In this document: piece by piece, positions 20,252 through 32,541 of the stretch
Numbering within the stretch: the stretch's first letter is position 1
Layout of the letters: the number at the start of each line of letters is the position of its first letter
NCBI GenBank assembly: GCA_964188305.1
Contig: OZ076892.1
Direction: 5' to 3' (one strand)
DNA from: Podarcis bocagei
Taxonomy: Eukaryota
Length of the DNA: 64,000 bases
Notes under the pieces: model-generated
What the model saw: only the letters and a program-made list of their open reading frames with translations
Databases searched by the model: none
Told to the model about the DNA's origin: nothing
Translations under genes and position numbers: made by a program

Positions 20252-23200
20252 AACTGCAAGACTGACCTCCCACCAAAAGGCCAAGGTCATGGTTAATCAG
20301 GGTTTTTCCCCCAGTCTTCCGCAGAACGAACAATGGCAAGATTCTTTGGCCAATGCTGCTTTTGGCAAGCGGAGGCTGTCTGGGTTCCTGCTGGCTTCTC
20401 TTCCAAAGCACTTTTATTCCTTGAGTAAGAAGGGTGTTGCCTGACACAACACATTAAGACTTCTTGCTGGAGCTGGAGAACATCTCTGCTTGCACACAGA
20501 TCTATTTGCAGCACCTGCACATTCACACATTAGGAAGGGGCCTGCCACCCTCAGCGCCATCCCCTTGTTACTTATGTGCATGGTGCCTAGGTGTATGCTG
20601 GCAAGAAGGAGGAACCATAAGCAAGCATTTAAATACAAGGAGTCTAAATATAAAGTGACTTAATTAATTCAGTCTGATTTGATTAAAGTTTAAGCTAAAA
20701 AAATTAAACCTTGCTGATAATTCCAGTGCCTCTGCACTCATTGGCCAAGGCATTGGAAGGGATTTGAGAGCAAGCTAACTTCTTCCTGAACAACCAGAGA
20801 AGAACACAGATGGATTGCATTATGCACCTCCCTTTCAGAAGCAGGCACACCAAACCCTTTTGCCTCCTCTCTTTTTTCCCATGAGAGCATTAACGGGAGA
20901 CGCCTGAGGCACCCCCCCAAAAAAACTTCAGGGGGCCCAGGGCCCCAGAGCCCTTCCCTTGCCCCCCAATTCAACTGGCTTCCAAGAACAGCAACTATTT
21001 CACATGGGAGAGCCCCAACTCAACCACAGTTTTAACTCTGCAGTCAATTACATTGATTAATGCCTAATTCATTTCAGTCTTCTGTTATAAAGCACTATTA
21101 ACATGCAAGGCACATCTTGTTTGTCCTCTCACTTCCATTTTGCAGATGGAGAAGACCAGGGGCCCTTTTTTCTGCATGGAATCCCCCCGCCACACACACA
21201 GAGCCTTCCTTTTCTTGAGCTCACTAGGTCAGGTAACTGGAAAACAACAACAGATCATTTCTTCACCCTTATATACACCTCTAGAGGCACCACCCATAGA
21301 AGCAGCGCGGGTAGGTTGCATGCAAACCTTGATCTTGGCAGCATTTCCACTGCTAGAAGAAATACATCATCACCACCTTGCCACCCCTGGAAAAGCCTGA
21401 CATCTATTGTTAGGAAGGATGAATAGGTAGAAATGTGCATATTCTGTGCTATTTTATAAGAAAGAAAAGGCTTTGATAAGAGAAGAGTAGCAACAGTGGG
21501 GTATTTTGGGTGAGGGGCAGTACACGATGCCCACCCAACCAAGAACAAAGGTGCATAGGTTAGTGCCTGCTTAATGAGGCACTATGTTGGAAAGTCATGA
21601 ATGGGAGGCACAGGTAGGAACCAACGATGCAAAGCACCTGGAGGAAAGAAAAACACCCCACGGGCTGAGCACTAGATGCTGGTCCAAGGCCACCCAGCCA
21701 AATGGGTGTCTCTCTGGCCCAGGTGCTGCTGCTCTCTAATCACTGGATAGAATTGCCCACAGCCCCAGTTCTAACGCTGCCCCCTGGAGAGGCTGGTGCC
21801 ATGACTTAAAGAAGGTTAGGCAGCTGGAGAAGAGGAAGCATTCTGCTGGGTGATGCTGGCCCTCAAAACAGCAAGGCAGTGGCAGCAACAGCAACAGAAA
21901 CAATTTAAGTGGGCCTGGAAAGCATCCAACAAGGAAAACAAAATAGCTACCCTGTTCACCTCCCTCCCACCCCTTCCTCACCCCCAGCTGTTCAGAACTG
22001 GACTGGAAGGAGCCAATGCACATCAGAGAAGGGTTAAAAATATTGCCAGCTGGGCCATCCGATCTGGCAAGGCAGAGGAATGAGCAAGGGTGGATTTATC
22101 AGCATCACAGCATCCATAAAGACACCAGGATTACAGAGGAGACGATTCCTCCTCCTGCTACCCAGCAGGGCCAATACAGCCACACAGAGAAACTAGGATT
22201 TCAAGTTACAGGCATAAAAATGTCAACCACGGGTGCTGGTTCAGATCCCTACTATGCCATGAAACTCACTGCCTAACCTATTTCAAAGTGTCTTGCATGG
22301 CCATCATAAGGTTTAGGTATGTGCAGTGCTTCACACATCCTCAAGCATCCTTTCCCAACTTCAGCCACTTTGGACTACAGCTGTGCTGGGGGGCACCAGG
22401 TTGATAGGGCTACTTTAAAGGACTACCTTATGTTAATTGAAATGATGGCCTGCTGCATTCTGCACAATTGCCCTGACAAAGTCAGCCTTGGTTCTCTATG
22501 GCCAAAATCGGCATCCAAAGAATGTCAACTTTTATGAAACCTCCTTTTTTTAAAAAAAAAAAGGCCTGGCAACTGTGGGGATAAGTGCAGGGCAGTACCC
22601 AGGGCTAACCCAACCACAGAAGCAACCATCCAAAGCATTTTGGAAAGGTCCACCCAACATCATCTTCAACACTGGAAAGGCACTTGTTTTGGGTGCAGGA
22701 TGTAGATAATTTCCCTTAAGACATCAGCACAGATCGACCTTTAGATTTAGGGGGCGGGGGAGAGGAAGGAAGGGATGGAGAAAGCTGCAAAATAATTATT
22801 CCCATAGGCACATCTAAGTTGCAAGGTGTTAGAAAGGTGGGGAGATGATAGGTTCGGAAGTGTTAATTCAGCAGTAAAATCCCTTCCATTCAAGTGTAAC
22901 TAAATCCTATATGAAAGGTAAAGATCATTTACAAGAGGGAAAAGGATCACCACCCCTAGCTCTGTGGACAAGGAAGTCAGGGGTAATGACTGGTGAACTA
23001 GTGGGCATTTGCAACCCTCTTAAAGCACAGGAAAGCCTCAACTCACACCAGGGTTTGCACATTTGATCACAGAGGCAAAGGAAGGCTTTGTGTGCAGACT
23101 AGACTAGCCTCACTCATGGTCCGTTTCAGGCTGGAATGATGGGTTATTCTGTCCTACATCACCATTTGTGCCTTTTTGTTTCTTAACACACAGGAGCCCC

Positions 23201-26200
23201 TATCTGCCTCTTTTGCATAAAAACTGAAAAGCACAAACCATTCAGAATAAAACAACAAGCACTCAGCCTGCAAAGGTGATGATGTTGGTGTGTGTGATGG
23301 ATCTAGCCTTTCTTCCTTCTCCCTCATGGCCGCCCCCACAAAATGGCTCTATTGTTAGCCGAACTCCCGTTCTGCCAAGAGCACGCAGGTGCTTTTCAGC
23401 TTTTGGGTGGATGAAACCACCTGGAAAATCTGCATTCAATTTCATCCCCCTTCTGGCCACAGCGCCTTTGTTCCTGCAGTTATTATACAAAGCTGGCAAA
23501 GGATGGCAGCCAGACAGACAGCAAAAAGGAGAGAGGAGGACTTGGGGGCGGGGGAGAGGAGGAGGAGGAGGAGAAGGAGGAGGCTATGGTTCTTTTAGGG
23601 TTGCCAATATGCAAAATTCCATTTCCAACAGGGCACTGGCTTCTTTTCTCCCCCAAAACAAAAAAGGCCATTGTAGGGAAAAGGAGCTCATGAACAGGAA
23701 ATCCTTGAATGTATTGTCATCATTGCCACTAATACATTTCTTGAATCCCACCACTAGCCAGACCACAGGGGCAGCTTGGGCCCCTTCCGGTGGGGTTACA
23801 ATCTGCACAAAGCAGGTGACACTGAGGCGGGGGGGGGGGAGGATAAGGGACAAGTGCAGGGCTCACTTTCAGTGCCAAGACTCCGCAACATACAAGGGTG
23901 AGATATTCATCCACTGAAATGGATTTTGGCTAGCAAACAGGCTGGAAGGGAGAGTACCTCTGAGCATCTGCAGAGTTTCTTTCAGTCATAGGTATTTATT
24001 TCTTGGGCTATGAAGCAGGCTGATTAACAGGCCTTGTTAGATGGAGCAAGAGAGATGAATCTGAAGGTGAAAAGTGAAGGTGTGTGCTTGTTTTTGCTAT
24101 AGTTTGAGTATTTCATTATCTTGGAAATTTTCTGAAAAGTTTTGCTGGTTCTTATTGTTCTCATGATCCCACTCATGCCACGCTGGCAAATATACATAAG
24201 TAAAGGGTGGGATTAAAAATATATTTTAAATTGGCCTTCCCCATCCTAGTGCCTTCCAGATGTTTGGGACTACAATTCCCATCAGTGCCAGCCAGCATAG
24301 GGAATTCTGATAGGAACTATAATTCAAAACATCTAGAGGGCACCAGGTGGGTGAAAGCTGCTTTTAGGAAATAAGCAAGCCTCTCTCTTAGTAACGATTG
24401 GAGTCTCTTTGGCATCCTGTACGGTGCCTGGCACATTCCTGAGGCTTATTAAGCACCAGACAACCATATTTCTGGGTGTGTAGCAGCAAGTGTGGAATTA
24501 CATTGGCATACGTGTAAGTGCGGAGGGGGGCAACTGAAGATGAACATCAGCCTTGCATGAAGTCCTTTCTGGGTCTGGCTGGATGCTTTAATGTATTTCC
24601 TGGTAACCAGTCATAGTCCCATCCCCCTACGCTGCACATGGTAATTTGCACTCTTAATCAAATAATTGGAGTGATTAGGCAATGGATGGTTTGACTGCAG
24701 ATTAAAAACAGAGCTCCAATAGACTGGAACCAGCCATCTGGTCTCTCTGTGTCTCTCTTTGCTACCTCTCAATGACTCTTCAGAAGATTCTGCTGGGGAA
24801 CACCAAGGCAGCTCTGCTTGCAGGCGTCCATCCCAGTGTTAACCTACCCTCCTCCATAACTTTCTACCTACAGGGTTCAGGTTTTAAAGTCTGCACAAGC
24901 CACAAGCCCTGTCTCCTCCATAGCATCCTACCGACTGTGATCTTCATCACAGACCAAGCACACCTTTTTGACCGCACCAACCAAGTTCAGACAGCAGAAG
25001 CAGTGTTAGAAACTGAAATACTGTATGAAAGCTAGGAGCTAAATGGCACCTTAAACCTAGGTTATGGATGCAACAATGGAATGCCTAGGTGTGCTTTTTT
25101 ATAACAAGAATACAAAGCTGAAAATGAATGAACTGCAGCTAAAATATTATGTTCATTTTTCACATGGTTTAGTCCTTCCCCTGCCCACCCCCCTGACATT
25201 CTTAAGAGGGTCTCTTCTCCAGTCTTCAGAGAGTAGCTGGAAGTGAGGAGGCAGAAAAAGGTCGTCCTTTCCTTCCACTCTGCAGTTTTAATCTGAAATT
25301 TTAGGTGTAGTACTACACCCAGAGCTCAGAAACTGCTCACGCTAATGAAATTCCCTGTGACAAAATGCGCCTAGAACAATGGGAGTTTCAAATACTGAGC
25401 AGAAGCACTCACCAGGGACATCCGTCCCTCTCTCACAAAACTCACCAAGAGTCCAAGCCTGAGCACTTTCCATGAATCATATCAACACTATTTGGCCTGG
25501 GGTGGATTTGGTGAGCTGAGATTAAGTCAGCAGCAACCCATCTCTGCCCCTATCTCATTAGCCGGCGTTAAGCAAGGCATAATTCTCCCCTTCCTCTCTG
25601 CTCCACATCTGCAACATGGGGCAGTAACAAAGGCTTATATTCCTGTGACATAATTTTTTTTCTTACCACTTTTAATACTGAATTCCAAATTGTTGCAATT
25701 GTCGGTGAAGGGCTGATAATTCTAATATACTAGCACTAATTATACCACTGGACTGGTTTAAAGATTACAGAGATAATGTGCTTTGAAAATACAAAAAGTG
25801 TTGTATAAATGCTATTACTAATTCAGTATTGGCAGTTTTCATTTGAGAAGCAATTTTACTCTGGAGTTATTGGCTGCAAGTCTTTGCAGCAGATGTGACT
25901 TGTCTAAGCTGCCAAACAAAACCAAAACTGAATTTGATGCTCTCCAGATCTGGTGAGTCCCAGGGACATTCATGACTCTTTCCCCTAGCAAAGATCCCCC
26001 TTCATGCCATCACTTCACCTGAGGCATCACAAACGTGAAAGCATACGAAAGGCTGTGCCAGCAGCAGCCTTCTTGCTCTGTGTCCTGGCTGTTCTTGTCG
26101 TGAGTGAGCCGCCCAGGGACGAAGGCCATGTAGAAAAGGACAAGTATTGCCCTCTTGGGGACCTAATCAAGTATATTGGTTCAGGCTGTAAATACTTCCA

Positions 26201-27968
26201 GGTGAGGCCTGACCTATTGCACCTGAGCAAGAACCAGGCTCTGAACTTCTGGGTTTGTCTCCCTGCCATCCCCCACTGCTGCCCTTCTGCCTGCACACAC
26301 ATTCCAGTCCTTCCCCTTTGGACTAACTTTGGAGAGCAACTGGCTTTGCCTTTGGCTCTCCAGTGAATCTGTCCCAGTGTTTTCTCCAAGTCTGGCCCCA
26401 AACCTATGAGGACTTGCAATAGGTGCTACAGATGCTCAGCTGCCCACAGTCAAGTGCTAACAGTTGGGGATAGGAGAGGTCAATGAGCAATTGGGAGGAT
26501 CAGCACAGTGTAGTGGTCAGAGTGCTGGAGACTAGAGTTCAAATCCCTGCTGCGTCATAAAAGTCACAGGGTGACCTTGAGCAAGTGACCAGCTCTCAGC
26601 CTGGCCTACCTCACAGAAGAAGCTTGGAGGATAAAATAAGGAGGGGTCAGCTCACCCATAAGGCAAGATGAGGCAACTGCCTCAGGTGGTAGGATTCGGA
26701 GGGCAGCAAACCCAGCCTCCAAGGACTGCATCCCTGCAGCTGCTGTCATGGTGGCATCAACAGCTGAAGTGTACACCTTAGAGACAAAATCTGCCCCCCC
26801 CCCCCGCTGCCTCTATAGCATCCTCTTGGTGAATGGGTGCTGCTGCTGGTCTCCTCTACTCTTGTTCACTTACCCCTTCTTCCCTGGTGGTGGTGTGTGC
26901 CATTTTGTGGTTCACCTCAGGTGCCAAAATGTATTGGGCCGGTCCTGGGGCCAGCCTTCAAAGGATATAAAGAATTGTCTCCAGGACAGGAATAACAGAG
27001 CGCTCAGTGACTGGGAACAGCACTTGGAAGGCTGCACGTTGCTCACACCACCCACTAAGCACCTGCCTCATATCTAAACGCTAAGAAATGAACGGCTATT
27101 TTGATAGTTTGGGGGGTGGGACTGCAAATTGTGTCAAGGATAGCCTTTTCCTTCCCTTCTTAACACTTCCCTCTGCCAATCTGCAGCCTCGACAGCAGCA
27201 GCGGGGGCAACAGACCAGAGCAAAAAAAGCAAAAGGAAGAAAAATCAGATTGTGAGGGCCCTCTTGTCTTACATAGGCTGATTCTGATGGGAGTTGCAGC
27301 ACCAAACATCTGGAGAGCACCAGATTTGCAAATGCTGCAATAGGGAACTCAAGGTATAAAGCAAGCTTGGGGTTTTTATTTAAGGGTGGTGAAGGTAAAG
27401 TCAGGAGAAGGTAAACCAATTTTGCACTCATAGGATGTTTGAGAAGGGGGATACTCTGCTCTCCAAGCTATGGAAATGAGCCTCAGGAGAAAGCTCTGCC
27501 CAGTCACAGACCCTCTTGTGGGTATAAATATAGCCGACAGAGACAAATCCTTTCCTCCCATTGTTCTAACTTCCTGTGAGCTCAGCACAACACAGATCCC
27601 CCTTATCAGCCAGCCGGCTGCCAATCCCGGTTTCTGCAACATGAGAACAGCAGAAGAAAGTCACAGAATTGCTGCAAGCTCTGGAAAGCGAAGCTTCTGA
27701 GTTGGCGCCTTTCCAGTCTCTGTCCCAAAGGAAAACACTTACAAGCCCAGGGTGTGATTTCATGCAGATGAGGGAAACCATTCAAAGTTCTTTCCCCCGC
27801 AGCAAGTTCAGGAGGTATCTAAACTCTCCTTTTGTGTGTGTGTGTGACGAAGGACAACTATCATAGTGACCCGGTCCTCATATCACCAACTCTGAGTGAA
27901 TTGCTTTATGAGTTAAATTGTTTTATGTGGTGTTATTTTGTCAAATCAATTTGAAACTTTTTATTGTA

Positions 27969-28166
27969 TAAAGGTAAAAGGTAAAGGACCCCTGGATGGT
28001 TAAGTTCCGTCAAAGGCGACTATGGGGTGCAGCACTCATCTTGCTTTCAGGCTGAGGGAGCCAGCATTTGTCCACAGACAGCTTTCCGGGTCATGTGGCC
28101 AGCGTCACTAAGTCACTTCTGGAGCAACGGAACACTGTGACGGAAACCAGAGCGCATGGAAATGCA
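27969..28166 (-). mobile_element. 5'-truncated Sauria SINE
   Basis: taaaggtaaaaggtaaaggacccctg tail (ACCTTT repeat on the minus strand); cagctttccgggtcatgtggccagc body. Confidence 0.85.
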
Positions 28167-30065
28167 AGAGACCACCACCAACATCATCATCAGGAACAAG
28201 CAAGTTATGCAGTCCTTCTGTATTCCTGGTAATTACCAGCACTTCTTCATCTTTGGTTAAAAAGTAGGACACTTACTGTAACAACTTCATGGTGAGTATT
28301 GGCAAATACCAGCACCAATTTTTCTAGAAAAAAGCACGCTGCTAGTGCTGAACAGAATTTCAGGCACTTTCTAGACCTTTCAGAGACTCTTTTGTGAAGT
28401 GGCCTGGTGAAACCTAATAAGGACTTCCAGAGATCAGGTAGGAGTGTGATGTGGAAGGGCAGAGGAGCCTTAGGTGACCTGCAGTGTTCTCAATAGTTTA
28501 TAGTCTTCATCCTACAGCTCCCATCAGCCCCAGAACCAGACAGGCTACCCATAGTTAGTCAATATAATCTCCCTCCTCTCTATCCTTTGAAAACTTGAAA
28601 TCTTGGAAGCACAACAAATTTCACATAATGTTCAAATGATGCATACACATAATGTTTTAATCCTGTCTTTTAAAAATATGATCACTTTTTAGATTTTTCT
28701 TCATTTTGTTTCATGTCAGTTTTAATGTAGGTGTTTATTGTGAGCTGCTTTTGTAAAAGAAATAAAAATTAATAAGTTTAATAAAAAATAATAATTTATT
28801 CTGATTGAAGGATTAGGATTTCCTTGGTGCAGATGATATACGTTACCAGTTACTAGAACTGGAAAAATTGGGGAGTCCACTCCCCAGGCTCTGTATGCCA
28901 TCAGATACGGCCATGCAGTTCAGTATTGTGGACCCCCAACCCTGTCAAACTTGCTCCTGACTGAGATTAGACAGGCCCCCTCCCTACCAAACTTGAGGTG
29001 ATTGACAAACACTTTTCCTGTTTCAGCAAGCATTTTAAGGTAGGCATTCTAGGATGAATTATAATTGCTCTTATTCTTTGTATGGCTTAAAAAAATCATT
29101 TTATGTACATCACTTAGAAATTCTAAATATTAACCAGTATAATAAATAAATAGCTTTTTTAATTGTCTCTCCCCGCAATTGCAATTTTACTTGTTATAAT
29201 GCACCCTGCCTGATTTATGCATCATAGTTGGGCAGAAATTATTAAATAGATAAACATATCAAGGGTGAAATTACAGAGGGTCCTCAAAGCCTTCTACTCT
29301 TCACACAGAAAACCCGAGTCACAGTCCTTGCCCCTTCCCAACTTTTCCATATCAGCCAGGACAGCTAGAGGACAGCTCCTTCTCAATGTAAAGTTTGCTC
29401 AATCTCAGTTTCCAATCAAAGGCACTCAGGCTAGGAGGAGTCCAGAGCCTTATGCTTAACTGAGTCAGCACCAGATGCTCAACTGAGATCAATTCATGGT
29501 GTGATTCACTGAGATTGTTAAAACGTCCCCTGTCTTTCCTGGCAAGTGGAAAAGTTGTGTGTTCAAGTCAGTTGCCACAAACAGCAAGCCCAACAAGGCA
29601 ATTGGCTCAGAGTTCTTGCACAACAATACATCCTCAAGAGTAGCATTTCTCAGACTTCTGAAGAACAATTCACTTTTGCAGCCAGCAAGACTTTTGTTTA
29701 AAGTAGAAAAGACACACCCTCAGAGGATGTTCCTCCATGATTTGTGATTCATTGATCTGGGTCCAGGCTCTGCAGTGGGACAACAGCCAGTCTGTTTCCT
29801 CAGAGGAAACTGTGGCATCTCTGCATTGAGAATGGTTCAACAATTCGAATTGCGTCCAGTGCTGGGTTGTGGCAGAAACTCCTGCCCCCACTGGATGAAG
29901 AAGGTAAGGTCAGAGCACCAAGTCATACAAGGAAGCCTCTGGCAACCTCCCCATGGAGTGAGCAGAAGAATACAGAATTATTTGATGATTTAACTGATTC
30001 ACTTCTCATTCTGTGGTGTAGGAGTTACTACTACAAAAGTAACAAAAGTGCAGTTCATTATGTCT

Positions 30066-30421
30066 TAAAGGTAAAGGTAAAGGGACCCCTGACCAATTAG
30101 GACCAGTTGCGGATGACTCTGGGGTTGCAGCACTCATCTCGCTTTACTGGCCGAGGGAGCCGGCGTACAGCTTCCAGGTCATGTGGCCGGCATGACTAAG
30201 CCGCTTCTGGCGAACCAGAGCAGTGCACGGAAACGCCATTTACCTTCCCACTGGAGCGGTACCTATTTATCTACTTGCACTTTGTGCTTTCAAACTGCTA
30301 GGTTGGCAGGAGCAGGGACTAAGCAACAGGAGCTCACCCCGTCGCGGGGATTTGAACCGCCAACCTTCTGATCGGCAAGCCCTAGGCTCTGTGGTTTAAC
30401 CCACAGCGCCACCCGCGTCCC
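30066..30421 (-). mobile_element. Full-length Sauria SINE (lacertid/Podarcis type) with 11-bp target-site duplication
   Basis: Minus-strand head GGGACGCGGGTGGCGCTGTGGGTTAAACC, B-box-like GGTTCAAATCCC, (ACCTTT)n tail; TSD tcattatgtct at 30055-30065 and 30422-30432. Confidence 0.93.
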
Positions 30422-31069
30422 TCATTATGTCTCACATGCTTCCAAATATCAAGAGCCTTTTCACAGAATACCTGTGGCAGCTGAGAGCTGTTAAAATATT
30501 CAAACCTAATTCAAGTTAAATATTTAGAATAAGTAATCCAAATAAGTGGAGGGTCATTAACCGCTGTGGGTTGTGAGGGACAGATGTTTTTTAAGCACAA
30601 CATATTAAGTTTTTAGTGTGTTGCAATACATGTATACACTAAGATTTAATGAATGAAGAGCCTCCTAAATTGGACCACACAAGTTGCTCATGTGAATGAA
30701 AGAGTCACCCAGGGAGAATGACACGGATGGAAATTCACCCTGTGCTCTTTGTTTTCTGCCCAAGCTGGCCATGTTTATACAAACAAGTGATATACAAACA
30801 AGTGATAAAGGTCTTTTAAAAATAAGATTATACTATTTCTATAAGTCTTTTATCTTCCTTGTTTGTATAAAAACTGCTAAGGTAAGCTGAAAGATCATAT
30901 ATGGCAAAAAGGAAAGGGAAAAAAAGAATGAGCACAGGGGGAATTTTCACCCATGGAGCAGTGCAGGCCCTTCACTCTAAGGTCCCAGGGTGGGTTGCAG
31001 CATTAAAAACAACTCATCAGTAGATTCAGCATTAGCCAGAAGCTACCTGCAACATAGCCAGGTCCTTAC

Positions 31070-32541
31070 CTTGAAATCTGCCAGCTGCTGGCTGATGACC
31101 TCCACTTCTGTCCCAACGACCCACTGCAAAGCTTCGCTGTCTTCGGCTGTGGCTGTCATGTAGTTCAGCTCCTTTAGTTTGTCATAGAAGTCCTTGACGC
31201 GAGCCAGCGTTGTGTCCACCTGCTCCAGGCGACTTTTGCCTCTTTCGTTCAGTTTGCCACATTGCTTATTTAAAGTCTCCAGCTCACGTTTCAACCCTAT
31301 GAGGTCGGGACTTCCTTCATCATCCAACATCTGCCTGCATTTCTCTTCAGAAGCTTGGATATCCAGCCTCAGCCTCTGAAGTTTGCCCAGGAATTCATGG
31401 ACATCCTCTGCTTGAGACTGCAGACTGTCCATGTCTCTCCCAACAGAGCCCATGCTGTCCAATTCGTCATCTAGGTCAGCCAGCTGAGAGAACATCTCCC
31501 GAACATGATTATTAAACTGGCCAATCCCTTCAAGCTTGCTCTCCATAAGTTGACAACATTCGTTAACTTTTTGCTTGACTGCTTTGAAGTCTTGCTGGGC
31601 GACCTCAGCTTGACTTAAGAGATGGGAGGAGTCGGACCCATCTGGAGCATCTTCCACCAGGCCCCGAGTGAAATTCCTCAGGTAATCCACCTGGGGTTCC
31701 AATGCCTGGATAACTTCCTGTTGGGCTCTCAGCTTCTCCAAGTTCTTAGTGCTGCAGGCCTGTGGGCCAAGAGCCTCATAGATTTCCAGCTGATGCTTTG
31801 TCCCATCTAGTTTCTTCTCAATGTTCCTAAAGCTTTCTTGGAACTCCTTCAGCCTTTGCGACATTTCTTCCAGGGAACCGGTCTTTGCTTGGAGTTCCTC
31901 TGTAATAGCGTCCATCTTCTGGTTGATCCCCGCTTTCTCATCCCTAACATCATCCTCATCCATTTCTGATGCATTGATGAGGATATCAGCGGCGCTGTTC
32001 AGCATCTCCAGAAGGGAGCGGCGCTTCTCCACATCGCTCAGCATAGCCTTTGACCTCAGGAGTGTGGCTTCCAGTTGCACTGGATCCAGAGTGACTTCCA
32101 GCTCTAGCATCTTTGACCTGCAGTCCTCCACCCACGGGAAAAGGTCTTCCACATGACGCTGGTATTTCTGAGCCTTCTGTAAGCAGTCCTTGAGTTTAGC
32201 ATGTCGGTCTGTGATCTGTTTGCTAAGCTCCTCCCAGTTTGCTTTCAGGTTGACCAGCTGGCTTTGCAAACTGGCTCTCTCCTCGCCGGGATGAATGGAG
32301 TGAAGCAAAGACTCGCCCTCTACCACAATCATTTCATAGGAGCCCCTGTGCTGGTTGAGGCTCTTTTGGAATTCTTCCTGCTCCTGGATCTGAGACTGCA
32401 GCCTCTCCAGCTTAGCTGAGATAGGCCCGCTCTGTGCCTGCTGCCTCAGCTTGTCATCCAGCCAAGTGTGGAGCTCATCAAACATCTGTTGGAATTGCTG
32501 GGAGCTGGCAAGCACTGTCTGCAATCGATTCATCCGGTCAC
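31070..32541 (-). CDS. MACF1: MACF1 exon, 1472 nt, (G)DRMNRLQ...SQQLADFK
   Basis: tttcag|GT acceptor, AAG|gtaagg donor, phase 1-0; several spectrin repeats. Confidence 0.97.
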
